Notes: generated from the letters alone by a model not told the origin. Numbered from the stretch's first letter, positions 12,700 to 25,810 are shown. The stretch: 64,000 bases of DNA from Octopus sinensis (GCF_006345805.1 NC_043000.1:85126001-85190000); one strand, 5' to 3'. Translations and numbers: made by a program.

Positions 12700-13350
12700 G
12701 GTTAATACGATTTTGCTCAGAAATCACGTTTTCAAAATTTTGATTTCCCCCCGTCCCCACCGCAATTTCTAAATTTGTAACTTTTTTCGAATTTCTTTTT
12801 TATCCATGTAGAAAAATACAGAGATTATGAATCTAAGAAATTTTTTTTTTTAATTTAACTTTTCGTAAAGAAACACTCAATGACCCATTCCCCCACCTCA
12901 CCCACCCATCACCTACCCGCCTTCAAAACGCTAAAACTTCCCAATATTCCACTTTCGTCTGATGTTTCAAGCATGTGTAAAATTGTACTGAAATAGCAGA
13001 TGTAAAAACTATCAGACCACCACCAGAAAACCCGACATGCTAGATACAAAAGGTAAACGACATTATTTCTAAAGAAACTTCACTGTTTTCCAAAAAGTTA
13101 GAAATGAAACATTAGGAGGAGCTTTTTGAAAGTGGTGAGGTGATGGGTGGATGTTTGGGGAGATTTTAGTATTTCTTTAAGAAAAAACAAAGAAGAAAAA
13201 ATTCTGAAAAATTCTTACTCTGTGTTTTTTCCTCCGTCGATTACCAAGTAAAAATTTCGAAAAAAGTAAAAGATGGAGAAATTGGGGAGGGGTTTGGATG
13301 GAGAAAATTAAAATATTGAGAATGTGTTTGTTGGGTGAAATCCTAATCTC
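12700..13350. mobile_element. Old foldback/MITE with degenerate long inverted repeats
   Basis: Left blocks (CAATTTCT..ACTTTTTTCGAATTT; CACCCATCACCT..TTCAAAA) recur as reverse complements at 13120-13345. Confidence 0.55.
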
Positions 13351-13627
13351 GTGTATCAAAAACATAGGAATCAGAAGAAATTCAGGAAAAAAAACATGTG
13401 GGGTGGCACAAATGTCACCACGACATGCTAGATGCAACAGGTGAAGGACAGGATTTCTGAGAAAACTTCCTTTGAAGTTTATACTGAAGATCAGGTTTTT
13501 AAATAGTCATCACAAACACGAATCACAGGATAGAAAAGGGTAATTTCAATTGGATTTGAGCTGTAATTTTGCGCGTGCACACAAGAAATAATATAATTCA
13601 TACGGACGTTTTACCTAGAAAGAGAGA

Positions 13628-13694
<67 letters not shown>

Positions 13695-13697
13695 TGC

Positions 13698-13750
<53 letters not shown>

Positions 13751-14573
13751 TGTGTGTGTGAGCGCGCGCATGCGTGTGTGTGCCAAAGGAAGTTATTTTA
13801 TGGCATTCTTTCGTTTGAAGCAAGGTTGTCTACTCGATCATTTAGTCGATCGCTTGGGATCATATGATTGTTCGTTAATTTCCGTAAAAAGTTTTATTTC
13901 TTTATGCTTTGACGAGAGCAGAAATTGAACGAGAGGAGAAAGTGAAAAGTAACATTTGCTTTGAAGTGAGAGCAGAAAGTGAAAGAGAGGAGAAAGTGGA
14001 AGATCTATATACATGTATATGAAATGGACGTGTGTGCGCGCGTGTGCGTGTGTGAGAGAGACAGAGAGAGAAAGAGAGAGAGTGATTGAAGGTGTGTGTT
14101 CTTGTATGTATCTTTTGTATATATGTGTAAGTGGTACTCTTTCGGTCTCTGTCTGTTTTTCACACACATACACTAACTTTCATATACACGTACATAAATA
14201 CATATGCATACATCTTTTTTGTATATATGTGTGCGTGTGCATTTGAGAGAGAGAGAGAGAGAGAGTGAGTGACTGTATTTCCTCACACCATATAGAGACG
14301 TGGATGTTTTTAAGGTACACACTTGACGTCATCGTCGTATAAAACGTTTACGATAGTTTACTTATAGAAAAGATTATAATGTTAAATTTTGTAATGCAAA
14401 TATGTAAATGAAAATACAGTTTATTTGATAGCCGAAATATTACTAAAACTTTTGATACCCCATACATCGGCAACTCAGTTTTCGAATGCTTAAGGATATA
14501 CGCGCGCGCACTCACACGCACACACACACGCAGACACACATACACACACACAGAAACACTCTTGTGTGTGTGT

Positions 14574-14648
<75 letters not shown>

Positions 14649-14853
14649 GTGCGTGTGTGTGTGTGTGGATAAATAAACTTTGGAAGCGTCGAATGTGTTT
14701 ACTATTTAACAGACAGCAAAGTAAAAAATCGAACGCAATATAGTTGTGGAAACAGCAGGAAGATTTTTTTTCCGTCTTATACGAATAAATACCCAATCTT
14801 TCTGTTGTTTTCACTTTTATATTGCGTTCAAAATTTAATTTCTTGTCTCTAAA

Positions 14854-14957
<104 letters not shown>

Positions 14958-14979
14958 ACATGTGCATACGTTAGAGTGC

Positions 14980-15032
<53 letters not shown>

Positions 15033-15764
15033 GTGTGTGTGTGTGTGTCCATATATGTAAGTTTGTAATTTGTAATAATGAAGTCAAACCAAATAATAGA
15101 ATTTTGAAAACGTTTAATACGTATTTTTAAGATTTTGCGTAATAATATATAATAGGAAATACATCCCCTTATACAAAACCTTCTTCACTTAATACATTTC
15201 AATACATACATACATACAATACATACATACATACATACATACATACATACATACATACATACATACATGTATATACACACGCATACACAAACAAGTATAT
15301 ATGTGTTGTATGTATATTATGTGTGTGTGTATGTATGTATTTATGTATTTATGTATGTTTGCATACACACACAAACATGCATACACACGCACACACAGAC
15401 ACACGAAAGACTGAATGAATTAGTGTATGTCAAGTTATAAGCAATTTATTTTAAATGCTTTGTTAATGTTTTTTAAATTTTACAGTCCTTTTAACTGTTT
15501 TCATTAAACGGCTAAAACTATGCAGAGTTATTTTTTCCTGTAATGTTTATGTTTTGACTACTGAAAACAGTTTCTCATGATTTCATATAAGTGTTTATGT
15601 TATTCTTCCTAGTTTAAATGTACAGCAGCTGTTGCTTCTACCTTGTGCTGTCTTATGTCAAACACTATATGACCAATATTTACCGTAGGTCATAACTGTC
15701 ATATTTTATCGGTTGTTTGGGAAAAGAAACTTAAGCAGTTGTGATTCATACTACTGCATACTCA

Positions 15765-16032
15765 GGCGGAGGTAATGAATACGCACACCACCCTTTTTCG
15801 GCGTAACCCTAATCCTAACCCTAAACTCTAACCTTAAACCCAACCCTAACCCTAAACTCTAACCTTAAACCCAACCCTAGCCCTCAACCCTAATCCTAAC
15901 CCCTAACCCTAACCCTCAACCCTTACACTAACCCTAACTCCTAACCCTAACCTTAAACCCTAACCCTGAACCCTAACCCTAATCCTAACCCTAACCTTAA
16001 ACACCGGGAGTGCGTATTTTTTTACCTTCGCC
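15765..16032. mobile_element. TIR element enclosing a degenerate telomeric (CCCTAA)n array
   Basis: GGCGGAGGTAATGAATACGCAC / GTGCGTATTTTTTTACCTTCGCC termini; ~195 bp of TAACCC variants at 15804-16001; flanks CATACTCA / CATATTCT (6 of 8 match, possible 8-bp TSD). Confidence 0.75.
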
Positions 16033-16136
16033 CATATTCTTTCATACACCCAAAATATTACCACATCTTTTTTTTTTTTTTTTTTACATCCATCATCAGT
16101 GGCTTGTAACTTCAAATGGTGTAATTTCTTCTGAAA

Positions 16137-16290
16137 TGAAAAGAAAAAGCCTCATGCTGGAGGTAAAATTGTGTCTAGGAGATTCGAAGCTGGCGAAAGT
16201 CAGTTGAATATGAGTAAGACTTTAAACTTGAACGCATCAACGATTAGAAGTATCGTGATGAAAATGCGGACGAAATAAAACTTTCAGCCA
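16137..16290 (+). pseudogene. pogo/Tigger-type transposase N-terminal HTH fragment
   Basis: Frameshifted MKRKSLMLEVKL / RRFEAGESQLNMSKTLNLNASTIRSIV / NADEIKLSA, a CENP-B-type N-terminal pattern. Confidence 0.65.
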
Positions 16291-16552
16291 GGTGGGAAAG
16301 GTGACTTCATTTTATCAACAAAGGAGCATATTGTTTTCCTTTTATCTTTCGTTTCAGTCATTAGATTGTGGTCATGCTGGGGCTCTACCTTGAAGAATTT
16401 TAGTCGAACGAATCGACCTCAGTACTTTTTTTGTAGCCTAGTACTTAATATATCGGTCTCCTTTGCCGAACCGCTAGGTACACACCAACACCGGCTGCCA
16501 ATCGGTGGTGGGGGACATAGACACGAAGTCACGCAGAACGCAGACATATGTG

Positions 16553-16594
<42 letters not shown>

Positions 16595-16596
<2 letters not shown>

Positions 16597-16902
16597 GGCG
16601 CGTGGCTTAGTGGTTAGGGTTTTCGACTCGCGATTGTAAGGTCGTGAGTTCAGTTCCCGCCGACGCGTTGTGTCCTTCAGCAAGACACTTTATTTCACGT
16701 TGCTCCAGTCCACTCAGCTGGCAAAATCTGTTGTACCTGTATTTCAAAGGGCCAGATTTGTTACACTCTGTGTCACGCTGAATCTCCTTGAGAACTACGT
16801 TAGGGGTACACGTGCCTGTGGAGTGCTCAGCCACTTGCACGTTAATTTCACAAGAATGCTGTTCCGTTGATCTATCAACTGGGACCCTCGACGGAGTGCT
16901 CC

Positions 16903-16905
<3 letters not shown>
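16595..16905 (+). mobile_element. tRNA-derived SINE, family 2
   Basis: A box TGGCTTAGTGG, B-box-like GAGTTCAGTTCCC, central GTGTCCTTCAGCAAGACACTT; ends at (TA)n. Confidence 0.85.
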
Positions 16906-16961
<56 letters not shown>

Positions 16962-17121
16962 TAAACATAGTTAGCGATTATAATAACCGACTAAAGAGAT
17001 AAAATAACCGTATATCCTATCGGTATCCGTTACCCGTATTATCCCTAGGGATTGGTGTGCAGGCACACCATACACGAAGAGTGCAGCTAACAACAGGAAA
17101 AACGAGAGTTTATCAGGAACC

Positions 17122-17418
17122 AATGCAAATAATAAGAAAATGGAGAAAACCTCTGATTAACAAACACATCGATTGGACCACATTTTTAGCATATTTTTTA
17201 ATACAAAGCATGACATTACAAATAGGTGACGTAACATATGTTACGCCTGTTTATTTATAGACACCGTTTTGGCAACAGATCGGAAGCGGCCGCAAGATAT
17301 TTTACGTCACCTTATTTCTTATGTCATGCTTTGTATTAAAAAAATAAGCTAAAAATGTGGTCCAATCGATGTGTGTTAGTTAAACTGAGGTTTTATCAAT
17401 TTTCTAATTATTTGCATT
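17122..17418. repeat. Foldback with ~115-bp arms (duplicated at 18636-18932)
   Basis: Arm 17122-17234 is the reverse complement of 17302-17418, with a 67-bp spacer. Confidence 0.9.
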
Positions 17419-17456
17419 ATATATATATATAATATATATATATATAAATGTATATG

Positions 17457-17522
<66 letters not shown>

Positions 17523-17959
17523 ATGTATGTATGTATGTATGTATGTATAGAGCAGGAGTGAATGTGTGGTAAGTAACCTTCTTACCAACCACATGGCCTC
17601 GGGTTCAGTCCCACTGTGTGGTACCTTGGGCAACTGTCTTCTACCATAGCCTTGTGAGTGGATTTGACATACAGAAAAAAAAAAAGAAAGAGAAAAAAAG
17701 GAAAGAGAAAAAAGAGAAAAAAGTGAATGTAATTTGGTTTCAGTTGTGGAGCATGAAAATGAGGAAGATTTGGTTACTATTTTAGTGACCCTGATAGGAT
17801 GAAAGACAATGTTAAATACAGTAGGATTTGAACTCTTTTCACTTTTTTCTCCCTTTTATTCTCTCTTTCTTTCTTTCTTTTTTCTCTTTCTTCCTCTCAT
17901 TTTCTCTTCCTGTTTTCAATTTGACCTATCTCCTCATTCTAATCATACACGTCTCTCCC

Positions 17960-18398
17960 CACCCCCATCTATCCACAAATACTACCAATACATTCTCAAA
18001 TTTTTATTCACACCACAAGACCCTTTCGAATGAACAACACAGAATCCACGGCTCCATACTTTGAAATGGCTACTATTGGAACCTACATACCATGTACGGG
18101 AAATTTTTTTATCACTTTCCTCGAATAATGGAGCTGCAACTACAATATCTTTATATATTTTATATTTTATTTCTACTTTCATTCTCTTATTTCCCTCTAT
18201 ATTCCCTACCTCCTCCTCCTTTTCTATAATAATTCCTTATTTCGAACTCAAATATTTACCTCTATTTGACCATCTCACATCGTCTCTGTTGAAGGGTTAT
18301 CCATAATATCCCAGAAACAGCTGTAAGACTATATCTTTTTTCTTATAAATGTCCTGAAAACTCCTCACAGCCTTGGCTTTGTAATATCATTTTGTTTA
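17960..18398 (+). mobile_element. Decayed Penelope-like 3' region with hammerhead-like motif (duplicated at ~19490-19926)
   Basis: Pyrimidine-rich UTR, hammerhead topology at 18279-18332, ends ~65 nt later at (TA)n. Confidence 0.55.
18279..18332 (+). ncRNA. Type-I hammerhead-like motif, CUGUUGA core (second copy 19807-19860)
   Basis: GTCT-CTGTTGA-A-GGG...CCC-A-GAAAC-AGCT-GTA-AGAC; stem I GTCT/AGAC, palindromic stem III ACAGCTGT. Confidence 0.5.
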
Positions 18399-18417
18399 AT
18401 ATATATATATATATATA

Positions 18418-18464
<47 letters not shown>

Positions 18465-18472
18465 TATATATA

Positions 18473-18961
18473 GTGTAAACATAGTTAGCGATTATAATAA
18501 CCGACTAAAGAGATAAAATAACCGTATATCCTATCGGTATCCGTTACCCGTATTATCCCTAGGGATTGGTGTGCAGGCACACCATACACGAAGAGTGCAG
18601 CTAACAACAGGAAAAACGAGAGTTTATCAGGAACCAATGCAAATAATAAGAAAATGGAGAAAACCTCTGATTAACAAACACATCGATTGGACCACATTTT
18701 TAGCATATTTTTTAATACAAAGCATGACATTACAAATAGGTGACGTAACATATGTTACGCCTGTTTATTTATAGACACCGTTTTGGCAACAGATCGGAAG
18801 CGGCCGCAAGATATTTTACGTCACCTTATTTCTTATGTCATGCTTTGTATTAAAAAAATAAGCTAAAAATGTGGTCCAATCGATGTGTGTTAGTTAAACT
18901 GAGGTTTTATCAATTTTCTAATTATTTGCATTATATATATATATATATATAAATGTATATG

Positions 18962-19005
<44 letters not shown>

Positions 19006-19922
19006 TATGTATGTATGTATGTATGTATGTATGTATGTATGTATGTATGTATGTATGTATAGAGCAGGAGTGAATGTGTGGTAAGTAACCTTCTTACCAA
19101 CCACATGGCCTCGGGTTCAGTCCCACTGTGTGGTACCTTGGGCAACTGTCTTCTACCATAGCCTTGTGAGTGGATTTGACATACAGAAAAAAAAAAGAAA
19201 GAGAAAAAAGGAAAGAGAAAAAAGAGAAAAAAGAGAAAAAAGAGAAAAAAGTGAATGTAATTTGGTTTCAGTTGTGGAGCATGAAAATGAGGAAGATTTG
19301 GTTACTATTTTAGTGACCCTGATAGGATGAAAGACAATGTTAAATACAGTAGGATTTGAACTCTTTTCACTTTTTTCTCCCTTTTATTCTCTCTTTCTTT
19401 CTTTCTTTTTTCTCTTTCTTCCTCTCATTTTCTCTTCCTGTTTTCAATTTGACCTATCTCCTCATTCTAATCATACACGTCTCTCCCCACCCCCATCTAT
19501 CCACAAATACTACCAATACATTCTCAAATTTTTATTCACACCACAAGACCCTTTCGAATGAACAACACAGAATCCACGGCTCCATACTTTGAAATGGCTA
19601 CTATTGGAACCTACATACCATGTACGGGAAATTTTTTTATCACTTTCCTCGAATAATGGAGCTGCAACTACAATATCTTTATATATTTTATATTTTATTT
19701 CTACTTTCATTCTCTTATTTCCCTCTATATTCCCTACCTCCTCCTCCTTTTCTATAATAATTCCTTATTTCGAACTCAAATATTTACCTCTATTTGACCA
19801 TCTCACATCGTCTCTGTTGAAGGGTTATCCATAATATCCCAGAAACAGCTGTAAGACTATATCTTTTTTCTTATAAATGTCCTGAAAACTCCTCACAGCC
19901 TTGGCTTTGTAATATCATTTTG

Positions 19923-19926
<4 letters not shown>
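18473..19926. repeat. Tandem duplication, copy 2
   Basis: Identical ORF translations at 17057/18571, 17809/19337 and 18061/19589; the differences I can see are in microsatellite length. Confidence 0.95.
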
Positions 19927-19995
<69 letters not shown>

Positions 19996-20176
19996 TATAT
20001 ATATGCATATGCATACTAATACAAGACCCACATTAGACTCCTCACTCGGATCACTATCGAACCAAGAGTTTAGCTACGGTCTGTCCATAGCACTTAATTA
20101 GCGTTACCTGCCACTCTTTGGGTCTTCTAGATACCAATACCTCTCATACCCTCACTATATATATTTGTGTGTGTGT

Positions 20177-20237
<61 letters not shown>

Positions 20238-20612
20238 TGTGTCTGTGTTTGTCCCCCACCATCGTTTGACAACCGATGTTGGTGTGTTTACGTCCCCGTA
20301 ACTTAGCGGTTCGGCAAGAGGGACCGATAGCACAAGTACTAGGCTTACAAAGAATAAGTCCTGGAGTGGATTTGTTCGACTAAAGGTGGTGCTCGAGCAT
20401 GGTCGCAGTTAAATGACTGAAACAAATAAAAGAATATAAAGAGTAATCTTTTTTAAAAAATTAGGTATACGGCTGTCATATGGGTGAAACATACTATGAA
20501 TGCTTTTGATACCAGTTCGCCTGAGACTGTCCCTGTTTTTAAGATACAAACTTCCTGTAGTGTAAATTAAAACCTTCTATCAAAATTTCATATTAATTCT
20601 TGTTCTTTGCAA

Positions 20613-20830
20613 AGGCATCGAGCTGGCAGAATCGTTAGTGCGCCGGAGGCAACAGCTTGGCAACATTTCTTCTGGTCCTTTATGTTTTGCGTTCAAATTC
20701 CGCCAGGGTCAACTTTGCCTTTCATCCTTTCGGGATCGATAAAATAAGTACCAGTTGAACACTGGGGTCAATGTAATCGACTAGCCATTTCCCCAAAATT
20801 CCAGGCCTTGTACCTATTATTGAAAGAATT
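20613..20830 (+). mobile_element. tRNA-derived SINE, family 3 (Meta-domain-like core)
   Basis: GAGCTGGCAGAATCGTTAG head, GTTCAAATTCC B box, GCCTTTCATCCTTTCGGG..GATAAAATAAGTACCAG core. Confidence 0.8.
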
Positions 20831-21154
20831 TATGTTCATTACACCATCTTAATAATGGCTCAGTTATTTTACTAAATCCTTCATTGTTTTAGAAACTAAT
20901 TGAAACAAATGCAGTATTTCAACAGAAATGATAGTTAAACCAACTTATAACCAAAAAAGCAAGGGGCATCTTCAAATGTTAACAAAAAATATATCATTCA
21001 TAAGTATCCATAGCTAGTAGAGGTTAGTTTGATAGATTCAGACAGTGGCACAACCTACACGACACTCATTTCTCTTAAGGTAGAAGAGTAGACACCCAAG
21101 TAACCAAGAAATATCTCCACCTTTTTAAGAATATCATCGAATGTGGCAACAATC

Positions 21155-21229
<75 letters not shown>

Positions 21230-21627
21230 CTCTCTCTTTCTCTCTCTTTTGATACTAATATTCTTTTGTGTAGATTTTACTTTTAGCATGGTAAATATTT
21301 TTTTTATGAAAAGATTAATCACAAAACTGGTTGTTATGAAAAGTTGAAATGTGCTCTGCAAACCATTCCAATGGTTCTGTTCAAATAAAATAACAAACGT
21401 CAATGACTTTCCAAATTCAAGGGAGACAAGTTTAAGTCCATGTACAGAATCTGACTCATTTTCTTTAGATGTGACGAATTTCTCTCACGGTTATTTCAAT
21501 GCATGTTATCTCATTGTTTATGTTTAGTTTGACACTTCATGCTAAAAATAAACGGAAATAATTTAACATATTAAGTTTTCCTGTACCAGCGCGCGCACGC
21601 GTACACATACACACACACATTGTGTGT

Positions 21628-21710
<83 letters not shown>

Positions 21711-21719
21711 TGTGATGGA

Positions 21720-21915
21720 TAGGGCCGGATTAAGGCCCATAGAGGCCCTAAGCACTTAAAAGGTTTTGGTGCCCTCGAGTATACGTAAATGATTCAAAAT
21801 GTAAACAAAAATTACTCAAAATGTAAAAAATAATAAACCATAAAACAAATTTTTAGTTTTCAAAATGAAGCAAAATTCACAGTAAGACGGAAAATAATGT
21901 TTATTTTCATTTGCT
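21720..21915 (+). mobile_element. hAT-like MITE left end
   Basis: Begins TAGGGCCGGATTAAGG...GGCCCTAAGC after (GATA)n; no matching right TIR found. Confidence 0.45.
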
Positions 21916-22094
21916 TCCACCGGTTAAATTGCATGGGATTTGGTTTGGTTCAGACCTCCAAATAAACAAGAGCTACGACAAAATGACGAGCAGAGTTGCT
22001 AGCTTCACCTAGAAATAGACAGAAATGAAACTATCTCTGTAGGGTTGGCCAGAGGTTGGCCACTTTATTTATATTTGAAAAGTTTTCTCCTTGG

Positions 22095-22165
<71 letters not shown>

Positions 22166-22474
22166 GCAAAGTCTTCGATGATATTGTTAGAATTAATTTT
22201 ACGTAAAACTTCTGCGTCTTTACTTTGAAGAGATAAAGCATTACGAATATTATTTTAGCAAGTTTAAAGTGATTTCTTTTGTACCGTAAACCATTTTCCT
22301 TTCTGTAGTGTCCCTATCCCTTGATACCCAAAGCACGTGCTTATTTTGCTTAAATTTTGATACCAGTTCGCCTGAGACTGTCCCTGTAGTGTAAATTAAA
22401 ACCTTTCATCAAAATTTCATATTAATTTCTGTTCTTTGCAAAGGCATCGAGCTGGCAGAATCGTTAGTGCGCCG

Positions 22475-22950
22475 AATGATGGGTATCAACGAGACCACAG
22501 ACATGAACATTCGCGCCCATCTTCGGCGACTATGTGATGTGGAAGTAGGTTTCAAGGGGCATCCTGCAAGAACTAGGATATCTATGTATGCATATGTGGA
22601 CATCACTGTGCCTCCTTATGAGAGCTCAAAATCTCTCGTGGAAGCGTCATCCAACCAAAATGCAAATATATGGGAAACTACCACCTGTGTCATTTCTTGT
22701 GAAAGGTAGGAGAGTCCAGTTTGCTCGACATTGTTGTAGAGCTGAAAACGAGGCAATTTCTACTCTTCTCCTCTGGAAGCCATCTACTCGCAACACCAGA
22801 GGGTGCACACTCTCCTACCCTGATGTAATCTCCAGGGATACAGGCATCCGGCAACAGGACCTCCGTAATGCCATGATGGACCGTGAAGTCTGGCGTAGCA
22901 TGGTAAATTCCATTGTCTTGACCACGGTCGAACAATGATGATGATGATGA
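22475..22950 (+). mobile_element. 5'-truncated RTE-clade LINE 3' end
   Basis: ORF 22588-22938 (LSWKRHPT..IYGKLPP..RRVQFARHC..LLLWKP..MMDREVWRSMV) followed by a (TGA)n tail. Confidence 0.85.
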
Positions 22951-22951
22951 A

Positions 22952-24255
22952 GTGTCGGACACCGAACACATGGAGGTGATTGTCACTACTCTAAGGAAAT
23001 ATGAAGCGGTGACAGAAGTAAAAATTCACCAGGAGAAATCGTGGAGCCTAGAGTTCATGCAATCCAACAGCGTCGAAGGGTGCTGGAAAGACGGACCGGT
23101 TAAATTGCATGGGATTTTGTTTGGTTCAGACCTCCAAATAGACAAGAGCTACGACAAGATGACGAGCAGAGTTGCTAGCCTCACCTAGAAATAGACAGAA
23201 ATTAAACTATCTCTATAGGGTTGGCCAGAGGTGGAGAATTCCTACATTGCATCCGCCATCTGCTGCCGTCTTACCATCGTACTTTTCATGGCTAACCAGA
23301 ATGGAGTGCTACCACCATCGTAGCTTTCATGGCTTACCAGAATGGAGTGCTACCACCATCGTACCTTTTATGGCTTACCAGAATGGGGTGCTACCACCAT
23401 CGTAGCTTTTATGGCTTACCAGAATGGAGTGCTTGCTTTTCCGTCTTCTGTAGAGAGGGCGTGTTCTACTGGTCAGATGGTCAATTTGCTATAAACATCA
23501 GCTGCGTGGAGGACTGAGTATGATGTGGTTAATGATGCACAGACATGCATTAAGTGCACTAAAACTACATCTCCAGCGTTTCCTTGACGATGCAGTGTGG
23601 TTACTGCTTGTCAGACGCACTTTTCCGTAGCTCGTTTCTTTGACAGAGTTGCAATCTTGGATCAAGCGTAGAACGGGGCAGGTCGCCTGCTACCTAGAAA
23701 ACCGTCGTACGCTCACAATCCTCTACCGATTGGACAATGCAGTCGGTGGATATTCCTCCAAGGTGTTCTATAGAGGATTATGGATGGATAAGAGCGACGA
23801 TGATCTCTGGAAAACTTTGATGTCGATGAAAATCATCTGGCTGGTCTTTTTCCGGAAGACTTTCGAACCGGAGCCCATGAATAATTTCCAGAATCCTTGG
23901 TTCTCTGTAAATTATCCAATGCGCCGGCTAATGGAGACGATAACATTGCATGTTCGGGATAAACTCTACAGACATGATAATGCCATCAGCAGCGCCAAAG
24001 AATGAAAGCGCGCAAAGTGACGAAATCGTCTTGCACGCGCTTGTACAGTTCTCGATCATTTCTGACTTATGGAATTATGTCGAAAAGCTGCTATTGCATG
24101 TAGGACGGATTCACCTATCAATCGACCTATCAATGACCGCGCCGCCTTTCTTTGAACGCAAATGAAAGGACTAAAGACAAACACTTTCCTTTTCAGCCAA
24201 GCCCTCGTCGACATTTTCAAGTTTCACTTAAAAAGAAAGGTGAAGGTTAAGAGAA
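22952..24255 (+). mobile_element. Decayed Tx1/L1-clade LINE, RT C-terminal half
   Basis: Y.AVT.VKI..EKS, DGPVKL.GI.FG.DLQ, KLSL.G, GGL, VRDKLYRH, LHALVQ and FKFHLKRKVKV segments with stops and frameshifts. Confidence 0.75.
23272..23433. repeat. Minisatellite, ~41-bp unit x ~4, inside the Tx1 fragment
   Basis: Unit ACCATCGTAGCTTTCATGGCTTACCAGAATGGAGTGCTACC. Confidence 0.9.
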
Positions 24256-24263
24256 ATATGTTG

Positions 24264-24297
<34 letters not shown>

Positions 24298-24324
24298 GCG
24301 CGCGCGCACGCACGCACGCACACA

Positions 24325-24380
<56 letters not shown>

Positions 24381-24559
24381 AGTAAATTTGTTGAAAAGCT
24401 CACACATTTTCCTGCATGATTGGTATGAATGTGACACTCGCTTACAACTATTGCATGAAACGAAGGCAAGGAGACAGTAAAACAAACACACGCGCACTCA
24501 CATACATGTGTGTGGGAGGCTAGCTGTTAGAAGAGAGAGGTTCAAAAACCTCACAAACC

Positions 24560-25100
24560 TGCTCAGACGTTTTCAACTGTCTGACAGGTGCCGACTGCAT
24601 TTCTCGAATGTGCCAGTTGGACATGAACGAAACTGCATCGGATCACCTTAGAGTTGTCTATATGGCAGTAAATAAGGATAGCGTAAGTTATTCGCTTTTC
24701 AAAAATCTTCGGCTACACAGGCCACAAATTTGTGATCAGGATAGTCGACGCAAAGGCAAGGACTCGGATACTGGAAGCTAAACATGTCACACCCGGCGTG
24801 CCAAGCTTACAGAGACCGGATTAGAAAATTAGTTAAGCGGACGTTGACGGGATCGATCGTCAACAACAAATAATGGTTGTCCTGAAAAGGACAATTAGTG
24901 TAGAATCTATTAGAATGTTGGGAATTTTAAAAAGTTAAAATGAGTGTTAAGCGTTGCGTGCGTATACAATATAGCTTAGACTAGAAAATAGTTCCGCTGG
25001 TATCTACAAGAGAGAGAGAGAGCTTCAAAGACGAGAAAATGCCGGGCGACAAACGAAGATTAGAAAACGAAGTAAACAAGAATAATGGAAGGCTAAATAC
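24560..25100 (+). mobile_element. Second Tx1/L1 fragment (end of AP-endonuclease and linker)
   Basis: SDH motif near 24640 and GYWKLN at 24766, typical of L1/Tx1 ORF2. Confidence 0.6.
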
Positions 25101-25339
25101 GGAAAAATGTCCTTTATAATATATGTAGTTCTTTTACGATGTGTGTATAATGAATATTAATATTATTATTCCTTATAATGAATATTAATATCCCTTGTAA
25201 CTAATATTAATATTCCTTCATAATTAATATTAATTAGTATTCCTTTATATTGTGTGTTAATATCACTCGACGAAACTGACATCGGTTAATTCGTAACAAT
25301 TCTCCTGATATTGTTCGTGTCTTTTTTGTGGACAACAGC

Positions 25340-25634
25340 AGCACCAGCACCACCAGTAACATCAGCACCAGCACCACCAGTAACATCAGCACCAGCACCA
25401 CCAGTAACATCAGCAGCATCAGCAGCCACAGTAGTAGTTTTGTCTTCCTATTTTTATCGAGTAAAGAAAAAAACGAAAAAACGAAAATGATAATATTCCG
25501 ACTGAAAGCAACAGCCTGAATAACGTTCATTTTATAAATAGCTGAGCTAACAGGAGGTACGCTACTACAACTACTACTACTACAACTACTACTACTACTA
25601 CAACTACTACTACTACACTACTACTACTACTACA

Positions 25635-25677
<43 letters not shown>

Positions 25678-25778
25678 TACTACTACTACTACTACTACCG
25701 GTGGTGGTGGTGGTGGCAGCGGCGGCGGCGGTTGTAGTAATAGCAATGGTGGTTGTTGTAGCTGTGGTTGCAGTGGCG

Positions 25779-25810
<32 letters not shown>
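25340..25810. repeat. Trinucleotide-type repeat cluster: 24-bp unit x3, (ACT)n, (GGT)n/(GGC)n, (AGT)n
   Basis: Directly visible. Confidence 0.9.

Larger units (their letters stand above)
16959..18398. repeat. Tandem duplication, copy 1 (~1.44 kb)
   Basis: Recurs at 18473-19926 (offset 1514 at the left end, 1528 at the right); bounded by (TA)n at all three junctions. Confidence 0.95.

Noticed and set aside
15804-16001. True telomere or chromosome-fusion scar
   Set aside because: The array is short, degenerate, single-orientation and enclosed by TIRs.
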